From: Candidatus Obscuribacteraceae bacterium
GTDB taxonomy: Bacteria; Cyanobacteriota; Vampirovibrionia; Obscuribacterales; Obscuribacteraceae
DNA: 64,000 bases
NCBI GenBank assembly: GCA_044226015.1
Contig: JBGAHS010000001.1
Coordinates: 576,001-640,000, forward strand
Direction of reading: 5' to 3'
Program-made: the position numbers and the translations under genes
Shown here: in pieces, positions 27,849-38,237 of the stretch
Position numbering within the stretch: the stretch's first letter is position 1
Layout: the number at the start of each line of letters is the position of its first letter
Notes under the pieces: model-generated
What the model was told of the DNA's origin: nothing
Database searches by the model: none
What the model saw: the letters and a program-made list of their open reading frames with translations, nothing else

Positions 27849-28532
27849 TTAGACGAGCTGCGCTGGACGACCCCACACTGATTGCAGGTTCGCCATCTGT
27901 TTTTGCAGTTCATGCCTTACGCTCTTGTCGCGGCAGCTGTTAGCTTCCCAGTAAAGCTGGCACCATTTGCGGTGTGCTTTCTTCTTACCTTCGGAAGCCT
28001 CTTCCTCGCAAATCTCGTACATTCTGTCCAGAAACGCAATTGCTTCATTGGCATCTGCCAGCTCGTCTCTTTCGCCATCAAAAATAGACGGGCTAATGTT
28101 TTGCCTGTCTTGTGAGAAGCACCAGCGGAGAGTGCTCAGTGTTTGTGCATCGATGCGACTACATTCTGAAGTGTAAGTTTCGAATCGACGAAGAATTTTT
28201 TCAGGATAGAATTCAATGTAGCTATTCTCCGGCCAATCATCGCCGTACTCAATAGGTTCGCTGCTACCCTGTCGGTAAGCCAGGAAGTATCCTGGAAAAC
28301 TTGTGATCAGTATCTTGAACAACTGATCTCTTACTTGTGACCATGCTTCAAGCGAAACATGTGACTTACTACTAGTGTCTTCCTCTGCCTCTGGCGACAG
28401 CGCAAGATCAATAGTTCTAATTGCGTTGCAAACCTTGAACAGAGCAGGTCTTTCGAGCTTCAGCTCCAACCGTCTGCAATAGAAGTACGCTTCGTCTAGA
28501 GGCATCCCCTTTCTTCTTTCACTCTTAGCCAT
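27849..28532 (-). CDS. Hypothetical protein (227 aa)
   Basis: Long ATG-started ORF filling the gap between the paralogues; no recognised motif. Confidence 0.65.
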   Translation of the reverse strand: MAKSERRKGMPLDEAYFYCRRLELKLERPALFKVCNAIRTIDLALSPEAEEDTSSKSHVSLEAWSQVRDQLFKILITSFPGYFLAYRQGSSEPIEYGDDWPENSYIEFYPEKILRRFETYTSECSRIDAQTLSTLRWCFSQDRQNISPSIFDGERDELADANEAIAFLDRMYEICEEEASEGKKKAHRKWCQLYWEANSCRDKSVRHELQKQMANLQSVWGRPAQLV

Positions 28533-28828
28533 AATGCAGCCCTGCCAACGCTCAACGACCTTTTTATACCCGCGGATGTCAAGCTTCTCTCGGCCCCCAA
28601 AAATTTAGGAGAAAAAGGCTGGAAACGATGCAGAGTGCCTGGAAAATCCCCGGTGTGTAGCCGATATCCTCTGGGGAACCGCTTGAATGGCTGGTTGACA
28701 ATTTTGCGATTCTGGCAAAGTTCTCTCTGAAAGCTTGGGCGCTTCAACTTTCAGGGTTTGATGAAATCTGGCTAGCAACCGAGCAGATTTCAATCCATAT
28801 AATGAATGCTTCTTGGGGAGAGTGAAGC

Positions 28829-31012
28829 ATGAACTCCAGTGTAAAAGACGAACCGCGTTTAACGCTGAGACCCGCCCGAATTGAGCCATTCTCTGTCAAG
28901 TTTCAGATGGTCGTCGCTGCCTGTGCCTTCTTCCTTATCACGTTGCTGGGCACCGGACCTGCACTAAATGTAGGTTTCCTGCTGGACGACTACCTTCATT
29001 TGGACTACATCTACCGTGCTGCCACTCTTCACGATTGGTCTGATTTTTTGCACAACTTTGTAGGAAACTGGGCGAACTCTCCACTTATGCAGAGCTATCG
29101 TCCGCTAGTCTCTGTGAGCTTGTTTCTTGATTATCTTATTTGGGGCGCAAATGCCTGGGGATTTCATTTCTGTAATCTTGTTTTGATGGCGCTCTGCTCT
29201 TTAGGAGTCGGGCTCATCACCCTTGAGCTAACAGGAATGAGGGGAAACCGATTAGGCGCGGCGCCGGCGTTCTGGGCTGGTCTGCTTTTTGCCATATATC
29301 CCGCACATTTGGAAGCGAGCGCTTGGATAATTGGCAGGGTCGATCTGCTCTGCACAGTGTTTTTCCTCAGCAGTGTTTTTTGCTACCTGCGATTTCGACT
29401 GCTTCGTGAAAGCGGTTTCCTATGGGTTTCGGTGATAAGTTTTATCGCTGCATTGCTTAGCAAAGAGATGGCAGTGGTACTGCCTGTGGTGATAACTGCA
29501 ATTGAGCTTTTGCTATATCCTTACTTTCGCGAACACCCCGATGCCGCTAACAAAACTAGAAGGCAGAATATAAGACTTCAGTGTGTCTTTATCTTCTGGT
29601 TTGTCTTAGGTTTGTATTTCACGCTTCGACTGGCAATATTAAACACGCTTGTCGGCGGGTATGGCAGCAGTTCTATTCCATTGCCTCTGATTATCTCGCG
29701 GCTCTGTGACAAATCAAGTTGGGACCAACTCTTGTATCCGGTTAACCTGGATATTCTTAGTAGAACTGCAGAATGGAGTTTTAAGGAACAACTGGTCAAA
29801 TTGTCGCGCGGGCTTTATATTGGAATGTTGTCAATTGCCGGACTTCGCGCTTTTACCGGCACTATTAGCTTTCGCATACTTGCACTGCTTCTTGTCTGGC
29901 TATTGGTGGGCATCACGCCGACCTATCAGATATGGAACATCAGTCCTAATATGGTCGGAAGTCGCTTGTTTTTCTTGAGTTCGGCACCGTTTGTGATTCT
30001 TCTCTCTGTATTTGCGTTGCCCTGCATTGACGCAGTCAAAGCGAAATTCGCAAAAGCATTTGCCTGTGTTGGCAGTCTTATGCTTTTAGGGCTGGTACTT
30101 ATCTGGTCTTACTGGATGCAGGTGGACCTCGCCTCATGGAAAGGTGCTGCTGCAGAACTTGGGTCTTTCAGGCAGCAACTTGCCGCCAAAATAAGAGAGC
30201 TGCCCGATGGAAAGAAGTTGATTCTCCTAAATTTGCCTTCTGATTATTCTGGTGCTGGCGAGTTAACACGCAATCAGTATTTGAAGTTCATCGAAAGTGC
30301 GCCCATTTCCAAAGCTGATGAGCGCAATTTGGTTGACACTCTTGTGCCAGATGATCCGGCGCCAGATTTTGATTTCTCCAGTGCGATAAAGGGCAAGTTG
30401 CAAGACGGCTCGATTGCAGCGTTGCTCAGCTGGGAGGCTCCAAAAGGGAACTCGCAAACCGGGCGCTTGAGTGCCTGGGTTAAACCGCTTGAAGCGCAGA
30501 ATCATACTCAGATTGATATTGGAGCACAGTCAGAGTTGCCTTTTGTCGTTCTTGATGCGGGTTCGAACCTTGAGTCTCTTGAGCTTGGAAAATCATTTGT
30601 AATTCAGAAAACTCCTGACGACCAGTGGACAGTATCAGCAGATGGAAATACTTATCGCTTGGACAATGGTGGACTGCGCGTTCGTCCGTTAAAGTCTGGC
30701 GTAACTGTTTTGTTCAAGGTGGAAGCACTGTCTCCGCTATTATGCAAAAATGCTTCTCTGAATTTGCAGCTGAATGGAAAAGAGACTATCGCTCTGGATT
30801 TCCTATTTAGTGCGGACGAAGCCAAAGCTGAGGCTGGCTCATTTGTTTCATGTAAGAGTTTGCCTCTAACGGTCAAGAAGGACAGTGAAGATGCTTCTAT
30901 TGATTTAGGCAGGTTTAAAACCTGGTGCCTTTCACAGAACGTGCACACGCTTGGTTTGCATTTGCCGGCTGGTGATTACGAAGTTCTTCTAAAATCAATT
31001 GGAATCAAATAG
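28829..31012 (+). CDS. Polytopic GT-C-like membrane glycosyltransferase (paralogue B)
   Basis: FLLDDY, SYRPL, PAHLEASAWIIGR, SKE; clear paralogue of 25344-27845. Confidence 0.65.
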   Translation: MNSSVKDEPRLTLRPARIEPFSVKFQMVVAACAFFLITLLGTGPALNVGFLLDDYLHLDYIYRAATLHDWSDFLHNFVGNWANSPLMQSYRPLVSVSLFLDYLIWGANAWGFHFCNLVLMALCSLGVGLITLELTGMRGNRLGAAPAFWAGLLFAIYPAHLEASAWIIGRVDLLCTVFFLSSVFCYLRFRLLRESGFLWVSVISFIAALLSKEMAVVLPVVITAIELLLYPYFREHPDAANKTRRQNIRLQCVFIFWFVLGLYFTLRLAILNTLVGGYGSSSIPLPLIISRLCDKSSWDQLLYPVNLDILSRTAEWSFKEQLVKLSRGLYIGMLSIAGLRAFTGTISFRILALLLVWLLVGITPTYQIWNISPNMVGSRLFFLSSAPFVILLSVFALPCIDAVKAKFAKAFACVGSLMLLGLVLIWSYWMQVDLASWKGAAAELGSFRQQLAAKIRELPDGKKLILLNLPSDYSGAGELTRNQYLKFIESAPISKADERNLVDTLVPDDPAPDFDFSSAIKGKLQDGSIAALLSWEAPKGNSQTGRLSAWVKPLEAQNHTQIDIGAQSELPFVVLDAGSNLESLELGKSFVIQKTPDDQWTVSADGNTYRLDNGGLRVRPLKSGVTVLFKVEALSPLLCKNASLNLQLNGKETIALDFLFSADEAKAEAGSFVSCKSLPLTVKKDSEDASIDLGRFKTWCLSQNVHTLGLHLPAGDYEVLLKSIGIK

Positions 31013-31015
31013 AAA

Positions 31016-32236
31016 ATGAAAAAAACTAGCTCTACCTTGCTCTTCTGTCTTGCTGCAATTGGATTTTTCCAGGCAGCAGCTTTCGGGCAAGACAATGCCT
31101 CTGGTCTAAGTGCCGGTGGAAATTTTGTGCCGGGCTTTTCCCAATCTTCTGAGCAGGAGCAGGGTCAGGTTCAGAAGATTGAACGGTATGTTAGAGCGCA
31201 ACTGAACCAGCAGAATTGTCCGGCTTATCATTTGACTGTCATAAAAAACGGGAAAGTGATTTTGCATCATGGATATGGAACCCTGAGTCTAGACTCAAAC
31301 GTACCTGTTACAAGTCAGACAGTTTTTGGGCTAGCTTCGCTAACGAAGACATTTACAGCGCTTACATTGTTGTCCCTTGTTGATAAGGGATTAATTGGTC
31401 TGGATGACCCTCTTTCAAAATATCTAGATGATTTAACTCCAGAGTATAAGTCTTTGACGATAAGGCAGTTAGCATCGATGACCGCTGGCGTCCCGAAAAC
31501 AGTGCCAGAGGAAATAAGGTGGCCAGAACAAATTAAACCGCTGGTTCATTTACCTTTAGTTTCGCAACCGGGTTCGCAATTCCTATATTCTAATTTCAGC
31601 TATCGCTTGCTCGGTAGTGTTATCGAAAAAGTCACGGGTAAGCCATTTCTTGAGGTGGTGCGCGAAAAAATTCTATTAGCTCTGAATATGAGTTCAACTG
31701 CCACCACTGAGATTCTTCAATCCACCGGTAATCTGGCGCAAGCGTATGGCGACAACAACGGCAAGGGCCCGCTGCGCGCGATCGAATATAAGGATCCCCA
31801 CATATCTTTTTCAGCCGGTATGTTAGCTAGTTGTGGCGATGATCTGCTTTCGTATGTGCGAGGCATGTGGTCCGGCAAAATGTTATCTCCTGACGGATAC
31901 AAAACGCTCTGGTCTTTTCGACCTCCGCTTTCTACTGGAGAAGCGTCGAATTGGGCCTTCGGTTGGTCATCAGTAAGCAGCCCTAATTATGCTGGCAAAA
32001 ATTTGATCTCAATGAATGGTGGCACTCCGGGCGTGGCTTCGACAATCATAATGATTCCATCAGAAAACTGCGCTGTGATCAGTCTGGCGAACCTGAGAAA
32101 ACCCCCTGTTTATGCAATCGCAAAGATAGTTGCGAGGATGGCTTTTGGAGATCTCGCTCAGGAAGGCGCTGCTGATCCAAACGCTATGCAACCAGAATTC
32201 GGGAAATTGCCTGGAATGCAAGAGAGCGAAGACTGA
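31016..32236 (+). CDS. Secreted serine hydrolase, beta-lactamase class C/PBP family
   Basis: Signal peptide; SxxK (ASLTK), YxN (YSN), PGSQFLYSN. Confidence 0.87.
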   Translation: MKKTSSTLLFCLAAIGFFQAAAFGQDNASGLSAGGNFVPGFSQSSEQEQGQVQKIERYVRAQLNQQNCPAYHLTVIKNGKVILHHGYGTLSLDSNVPVTSQTVFGLASLTKTFTALTLLSLVDKGLIGLDDPLSKYLDDLTPEYKSLTIRQLASMTAGVPKTVPEEIRWPEQIKPLVHLPLVSQPGSQFLYSNFSYRLLGSVIEKVTGKPFLEVVREKILLALNMSSTATTEILQSTGNLAQAYGDNNGKGPLRAIEYKDPHISFSAGMLASCGDDLLSYVRGMWSGKMLSPDGYKTLWSFRPPLSTGEASNWAFGWSSVSSPNYAGKNLISMNGGTPGVASTIIMIPSENCAVISLANLRKPPVYAIAKIVARMAFGDLAQEGAADPNAMQPEFGKLPGMQESED

Positions 32237-32272
32237 ATTTCAGTTTGCTCAATTGCCAGGCAGTTTGATTAC

Positions 32273-33358
32273 TTAGCTGCCGCGCTTTTTCAGATCAGCC
32301 AAAGTAAGTCCCTTTTCTTTGAGAATCTCTGCTAGTTCTTCGCAAATCAGTTTAACTGTCGATGGTCCTCGATAAACAAAGCCTGTATAAACCTGCAGCA
32401 ATTCTGCGCCGGCGTTCAAATAATCAAAGGCATCTTGCCCCGTCATTATGCCACCGACTCCGATAATCACTTGTCCGTCCTTTTTAAGCCCCTGTACGAG
32501 TTTTGTTAGATTCAAATTGCGTTCTTTCAACGGCTTTCCGCTGAGCCCGCCATTACCTATCTCTTTGAGTCTATCATTACTTGTTTTCAAGCCATCGCGG
32601 GTGGTGCTGGTATTTCCGCAGACAAAACCTTTGACCTTATAAGCGATAGAAAGATTCACAAGCTCAGTAATAAATGAAGAGTCACTGTCCGATGAGAGCT
32701 TGACCAATAAAGGCAAGTTTAGCTTATTTGCTGTGGGCGAGATTCTATCAAGTACTCGTGCGAGTTGCTCGCTCTCTTTTAGACAACCCTCGTGAGTGTT
32801 CGGGCAGCTTGTATTTATAGTGACGTACTTGAGGTTTTTTATTTCTTTGACTCGCTCGAAGGTATAGCTAATGTCGTCGACGGCTGCATCGCCTTTGATT
32901 TCGGCTTTGTTGGTTTTAGCGATATTGATACCAAAATGAATTCTGCAATCCTTCAATCGTTCAAGTCTGCTTGCTACTACTTCAGCACCTAGCCCATTTA
33001 AGCCCAAGCGATTAATCAAACCTGAGTCTTCTGGTAAACGAAAAAGTCGTGGTTTGTCATTTCCACCGAATGGCTGCGCGCACACTGAGCCGATTTCAAC
33101 GAAGGAAAATCCGAAACAGTGAAGTTGCTCAATTAAGGATGCATTCTTGTCAAAGCCTGCAGCAAGCCCGATAGGGTTGGAGAAGTTTGTATCCAAAGCG
33201 CTGACCGCCAGGTCGCTCTTCCTATAATTTAGTGACAATGCTGGAAGAACTGGAGCCAGAGCCTTCATTGCAGTTTGTGCGAAATGATGTACTTCTTCTG
33301 GATCGCTATTGAAAAGTAGCGGTCTTATCAAGCTGTCGTATAGAATGTCACGGCTCAT
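32273..33358 (-). CDS. pyrD: Dihydroorotate dehydrogenase, class 2 (quinone)-like
   Basis: NPIGLAAGFDKNA, KPRLFRL, INRLGLN, NTSCPNT, GGLSGKPL, GVGGI, LQVYTGFVYRGP; AAGGAG before ATG 33358. Confidence 0.93.
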   Translation of the reverse strand: MSRDILYDSLIRPLLFNSDPEEVHHFAQTAMKALAPVLPALSLNYRKSDLAVSALDTNFSNPIGLAAGFDKNASLIEQLHCFGFSFVEIGSVCAQPFGGNDKPRLFRLPEDSGLINRLGLNGLGAEVVASRLERLKDCRIHFGINIAKTNKAEIKGDAAVDDISYTFERVKEIKNLKYVTINTSCPNTHEGCLKESEQLARVLDRISPTANKLNLPLLVKLSSDSDSSFITELVNLSIAYKVKGFVCGNTSTTRDGLKTSNDRLKEIGNGGLSGKPLKERNLNLTKLVQGLKKDGQVIIGVGGIMTGQDAFDYLNAGAELLQVYTGFVYRGPSTVKLICEELAEILKEKGLTLADLKKRGS

Positions 33359-33447
33359 TGGCGACTCCTTCACTAACAATCATAACCCGTATGGGCGCTG
33401 ATTCATTTCGGCAAACTAAGGTGTAAACTTTCTATTGAAGGATTTCG

Positions 33448-34143
33448 ATGTCAACAGGCGAATATATGAGACGCGCTTACGCACTAGCATTCAGACCGTC
33501 ACCGCACCCTTGTGGCGAGTTCATCACCAAGTTTGGCGGGCAGCCTGTCTGGTTACAGCAACCCGCCTGGCCAATAAGCAAGTCGACTGGCGAGCCTATG
33601 CGCTTCATCTGCCAGATAGCGTTGTATCCGGAAATTTTTGGCAATGTCATCGGGCGCATGGCATACGTGTTCATGACCGATCTTGAAAAGCATGTCGTGC
33701 CCGCTTGGGATGCTGACTCGGGCGAAAACGCCATAATAATTCAACCTGGTGCGCCCTGCAGATGGGAAACCAGGGAGGACCATATCGGCCCAACGATCTA
33801 CGAATATGTTGAAGTGCCAGGAGATGATGAACTTCATGCCAGGTCCTGCGAATATCTAGTAGATGTGTTCCGAAGAACAGATCCTGAGTTTGTTAATGAG
33901 ACTATTCGCAACGCGATGGATGAGCCAAGCTTCGAGCGATATTCAAAGGAAGTCGAAGGGAATAAAATTGGTGGAACCCCTGGCTTTTTACAAGAGGACG
34001 CTCTTCCCGGACCTGGGCATTTGCTGCTTCAGCTTGATTCGAGAAAAGTACCTTTCTATCTCAATTTCGGAGACAGTGGAGTAGGGTATGCATTCATTTC
34101 CCCTGATGGAACGATGGGCAAATTTCTTTTCCAGAGTTATTAA
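33448..34143 (+). CDS. DUF1963/YwqG-like protein
   Basis: TKFGGQPVW, PMRFICQI, KIGGTPGFLQ, LLLQLDS, NFGDSGVGYAF. Confidence 0.7.
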   Translation: MSTGEYMRRAYALAFRPSPHPCGEFITKFGGQPVWLQQPAWPISKSTGEPMRFICQIALYPEIFGNVIGRMAYVFMTDLEKHVVPAWDADSGENAIIIQPGAPCRWETREDHIGPTIYEYVEVPGDDELHARSCEYLVDVFRRTDPEFVNETIRNAMDEPSFERYSKEVEGNKIGGTPGFLQEDALPGPGHLLLQLDSRKVPFYLNFGDSGVGYAFISPDGTMGKFLFQSY

Positions 34144-34161
34144 AGCTGGTTCGAGCTGCTT

Positions 34162-36237
34162 ATGAGTTTGGTGCTAAACCCTGGTGACATTTTTCATACT
34201 CGATATGAAATTGTTTCGCGCCTCGGTGAGGGTGGCGTCGGTACAGTGTACTTAGCAATACAACAAGATAGCGGTCGTGAAGTCGCTATCAAATTATTGC
34301 ATGCCGATGCCCTGGCGTCAGAGAAAGATAGGGCGCGGTTTCTTCGCGAATTCAAAATTCTATCCCGCCTTTCGCATGAACATATCATAGAGTTTTACAG
34401 CGCTGCGCTTACAGAGGACGACATTCCTTACGCTGTTTGTGAGTACATAAAGGGAAGAAGTTTGCTCAGCGTTATACAGTCTGAGCAAAAACTCTCGTGG
34501 GAGCGCACCTGGAAAATTATGGAACAGGTGTGCGCTGCCATGCAATATGCTCACGAAAATGGAATTGTTCATCGTGATTTGAAACCTGAAAATATCATGC
34601 TTTTGGATCACCCTCAAGCAGATTGGGTGAAGGTATTAGATTTTGGGTTTGCTCATGTCGCTTCGCCTACACAGACAATGCAACGCTTAACGGCCACTGG
34701 AATAATTGTGGGAACTGTTTGTTACATGAGTCCTGAACAGTGTCAGTCAATTAAGGTTGATGGACGCAGTGACATCTATTCTCTTGCCTGCATTATCTAT
34801 GAATGCTTGTCGGGGAACTTATTATTTAAGGCGATGAATCCCCTTGATGTTGTGCGCATGCATATAAAGGATGATCCTTCAGCGACCATTTTGACCTTGC
34901 GTTCGCAGGTACCCGATGAAGTTTTGAATGTTCTGTTGAAGGCTCTAAGTAAGGACAGAACTGCGCGATACAAAACGATGAATGAATTCGCCGAGGCAAT
35001 GAAAGGTGTAATTGAAAATCCTCGCAGAGTATCAAGCAAGATTGCATTCAGCCCGAAAAAGAATAATTCAACCTTGCTTGTTGGCGGAGTAGTTGCTGTT
35101 CTTGTGCTCATGGTTGTAGCGGCGCTGTTTCTTTTCTTTCAGGGAAATTCGGCGGAGTCTGGGCGAACAAAAGCCGAGAGTTCTTACTTGGAAAATATTA
35201 GTTCGAGACAAAATCCTGAAACCTTGTTTGCTAAAGGCGAAGCCTTTTTCAAGCAGCATAAGTTTGAAGAAGCTGTTCCGCTTTTAGAAAGCGCAATGAA
35301 AATAAAACAAGACCGTAAGCAGCAAATGTATAAGTGTGCACTGGTGCTAGCTCGAGCTTACCTTGCTTTGGGAAATGTAGACAAATCCACTTGGGCTGCC
35401 ATGGAAGCCTATGATGCAGCAAAGAAACAATATGGTTCTAACAGCAGAGAGTGTGTGGAGGCTCTTCACATGAAAGCGCTTGCTTTGCAGCAAATAGACA
35501 GGAAAGAAGCAAAGGCTGCTGCAAAGGAAGCTCTAAATATTCTCTCAAATCTTCAAGCTCCGGCAGATCTCACGCTTGTGGAAAACCTTTCAATCTATAT
35601 TAAACTTTTGCTTGACGAGCCGAATTCTACCAACAGCATTAAAATTGCAAATCAGGAACTGCAACGTTGGAAAAGCGCAGTCGGTGCACCGTCAACCCCG
35701 CTATTCATAGTTGAGTCCTACATGCTTCTAGATGCGCTTTGTGCATTGAAAGCCGGGGATAGCAAACGCGCTATGTCCATCGCAAATGACGCTGCCACAA
35801 AGTTGAAGAGCCCCGATCAAGTGGATACAAATGACGACCGTTTATTTGTAATCTACACGAATCTGTCTGACGTCTATATTCACGCTGGTAATAAAGAAAA
35901 GGCCATGCGCACCCTGGAGCAGGCCCGGGCGCTTTTCAAAGATAAAGACGCTTATACTCAATTACAACCCTATATGTCCGAAGGGCGATTCCTATTTCAA
36001 CAAGGTTCAATCGATCTTTCGTTATTGGTTTTGAAAGAGGCAGAGAAAGTTGCTTCAAAATTGCAATCGCCTGAAATAGCTCTTTCAGAAATTGCATTCT
36101 CTTCTGCAAAATGCTACCAAAAGCAAAAAAATACAAAGCTTGCTGTTCAAGAACTGTCTAAGGCTCAAAAATTGAATAATGATGCTGCCTTTACGAGCAA
36201 ATGCGAGAATCTAAGACAGCAGCTGGCTGCGAACTAG
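34162..36237 (+). CDS. Hanks-type Ser/Thr protein kinase with a TM helix and C-terminal TPR-like domain
   Basis: GEGGVG, VAIK, HRDLKPEN, DFG, YMSPEQ; TM LLVGGVVAVLVLMVVAALFLFF; helical repeats afterwards. Confidence 0.93.
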   Translation: MSLVLNPGDIFHTRYEIVSRLGEGGVGTVYLAIQQDSGREVAIKLLHADALASEKDRARFLREFKILSRLSHEHIIEFYSAALTEDDIPYAVCEYIKGRSLLSVIQSEQKLSWERTWKIMEQVCAAMQYAHENGIVHRDLKPENIMLLDHPQADWVKVLDFGFAHVASPTQTMQRLTATGIIVGTVCYMSPEQCQSIKVDGRSDIYSLACIIYECLSGNLLFKAMNPLDVVRMHIKDDPSATILTLRSQVPDEVLNVLLKALSKDRTARYKTMNEFAEAMKGVIENPRRVSSKIAFSPKKNNSTLLVGGVVAVLVLMVVAALFLFFQGNSAESGRTKAESSYLENISSRQNPETLFAKGEAFFKQHKFEEAVPLLESAMKIKQDRKQQMYKCALVLARAYLALGNVDKSTWAAMEAYDAAKKQYGSNSRECVEALHMKALALQQIDRKEAKAAAKEALNILSNLQAPADLTLVENLSIYIKLLLDEPNSTNSIKIANQELQRWKSAVGAPSTPLFIVESYMLLDALCALKAGDSKRAMSIANDAATKLKSPDQVDTNDDRLFVIYTNLSDVYIHAGNKEKAMRTLEQARALFKDKDAYTQLQPYMSEGRFLFQQGSIDLSLLVLKEAEKVASKLQSPEIALSEIAFSSAKCYQKQKNTKLAVQELSKAQKLNNDAAFTSKCENLRQQLAAN

Positions 36238-36465
36238 TTGCGGACATTTGCATGTTCGCTGCATAAATGAATAGTTAGTTGTGTGCATTAGCACCATTGA
36301 GATGTCAGAATCGTGCGGTCAGCTCATGCTTGCAATACTAGACTTTCATAAACATTCGTTCTGCTTGTCTATCCTCAGCTTTCAGCGTGTAGAACCTCTT
36401 ATTGAATTGACATTACGGCGCCAGAAGTGGTGCTGGTTTTCGTTCAACATTGTTGTGAGGAGTAG

Positions 36466-38025
36466 ATGATTGAAGATAATAATATAAACAAAGCACCTGC
36501 TGTGGATTCTGCTAAACCCACATCTCCATGGGAAATGGTGGCAGCTGCAATTAATCAGCCCGGCATAAATAAAGTTGAATTACCCGCCGCTGAGCGCGTA
36601 GATAAAGCGAGCTCAAACAAAAGTGATGATGCAAGTACAAAGCTTTTACTTGATGCTCTTCACAATGAAATTAGTGAGCACGAGAATTTTGACAGGAATA
36701 AGTCATATCTGGCGAAAGCTTTTGACCTGGTTTATAGTCCTGACTCAAAGTCAATGAAAGAGTTGAAATCGCTTAGTGATGAGTACTCTAACGCTATCAA
36801 GTCGGGGGATACTGTTGCCGTTGAGAAAATGAAAGGTCGAATTGAAGATAAAATCAAATCTGACATGCAAGCTGTAATGGACAAAGCGCAGGCGGATCAA
36901 TTAGCCAGTACCTTCACGAAGACTATGTTTCTGTTTCTGAATGGTTATGCCGGCTGGGCTGGAACTGTTGCCGCTTATTCTCTTGATCAGATGAGACCTC
37001 AAAGCTCTGCCGTGGAACAATTAATAGATGGAACTACCGGAGCTGCTAAGGGTGCTTTGATGAAGGGACTTACCCAGATAATCGGTAATTCAGAACTGCC
37101 TCTTGCTGCAAAGGGAATGGCGCTGGGTGCTTCCTCGCGTGTCCTTGAGCTGGCACTGAACCAAAGAACCTATTTAAATGCTGATTCAAATTCTTTTGAT
37201 TTGAAGCGCGGTTTATCGAACACATTACTTGCCAGCATCAATCCAATGGCGCTTGCAACTGATGCAACAGTGTTCACAATCGCACAGGGCTTAAATAGTG
37301 GTAGTAACTATTTGATGGGGGCAAATTTTGCCACTAGTCCTTTTGTCAAGACCGTCTCAACCGGTTATGTCTTTGGTGCTACCAGCGGTGCTCTGACTGA
37401 ATTGCAACGCGAACGCGCTGCAGGCGAGAATATAGACATTGCTGCGATCGCGTGGCATGGTGCTCGTGATGGCGCGCTTTCGGCATTAGCCGCAAGCCTT
37501 GGTGGAGTTCAGGCTGAGATGGCATGGCGAAAATCGAATGAGTTTCTTTTCCAGAGAGAAGGCGAAAGTGGTCGCTTCAGCTTTGCTAAAACTAAATATT
37601 ATGAGGTCAAAGCAAATCAAGTCAGCAAGCCTGAAGGTGAATATGTGCAGACTCTGGAAAATGGTAAGCAAGGCGAGTTCGCTGCGAAGGGTTCGTGGAT
37701 AGTGGAGCGCTCACCCAGCGAAAAGTATCCAATAACAGAGGCCGAATTTGCAAAACGCTGGCAACCGGTTGCAGGCAAACCTGGTGTCTTTAGCCCCAAG
37801 CCTGTTCCCACTGATATGGTAGAGCTCAGCAAAGCCGTTGACATTAAGACCTCGTGGGGTGATATGCATGGTAATGCTGGTGACTTTCTTGTGAGATATG
37901 GTGATGGCAATTTCGCAATTGTTGCTCGCAATGTCATGCCAGAGACCTACGCGGGAATGGACCCTGCTTCGATCGCCAAACTCAATGCCATCAAATTGCA
38001 GCCGAGTGCTGTTCCTGTGTCCTGA
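36466..38025 (+). CDS. Hypothetical protein with a hydrophobic central region and a C-terminal PGDYG-like domain
   Basis: 519-aa ORF after GAGGAG; C-terminal QTLENG...GSWIV...EKYPI and TSWGDMHGNAGDFLV half-repeats. Confidence 0.6.
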   Translation: MIEDNNINKAPAVDSAKPTSPWEMVAAAINQPGINKVELPAAERVDKASSNKSDDASTKLLLDALHNEISEHENFDRNKSYLAKAFDLVYSPDSKSMKELKSLSDEYSNAIKSGDTVAVEKMKGRIEDKIKSDMQAVMDKAQADQLASTFTKTMFLFLNGYAGWAGTVAAYSLDQMRPQSSAVEQLIDGTTGAAKGALMKGLTQIIGNSELPLAAKGMALGASSRVLELALNQRTYLNADSNSFDLKRGLSNTLLASINPMALATDATVFTIAQGLNSGSNYLMGANFATSPFVKTVSTGYVFGATSGALTELQRERAAGENIDIAAIAWHGARDGALSALAASLGGVQAEMAWRKSNEFLFQREGESGRFSFAKTKYYEVKANQVSKPEGEYVQTLENGKQGEFAAKGSWIVERSPSEKYPITEAEFAKRWQPVAGKPGVFSPKPVPTDMVELSKAVDIKTSWGDMHGNAGDFLVRYGDGNFAIVARNVMPETYAGMDPASIAKLNAIKLQPSAVPVS

Positions 38026-38046
38026 TAGTACCGATAGAGCTGTAGG

Positions 38047-38085
38047 GAAAGTAGCGCAGAGAAAATGCTGCGCTACTTTCTTTCT
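38047..38085 (+). terminator. Intrinsic terminator after the 36466-38025 gene
   Basis: 13-bp stem GAAAGTAGCGCAG/CTGCGCTACTTTC followed by TTTCT. Confidence 0.65.
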
Positions 38086-38237
38086 AACTCCATGAGCTTT
38101 ATTTCACTTTTACATCCATTGCAAAGTGTCCAGTTTTCTCAGCCTTCGAATAGATACAAAACCTCGGCAGCGAGTAGGGGAGCATAACTGCTGAGATTCC
38201 TTTAAGGGGGGAAGTGTCACGCGGAGGTGAGTCTCGG

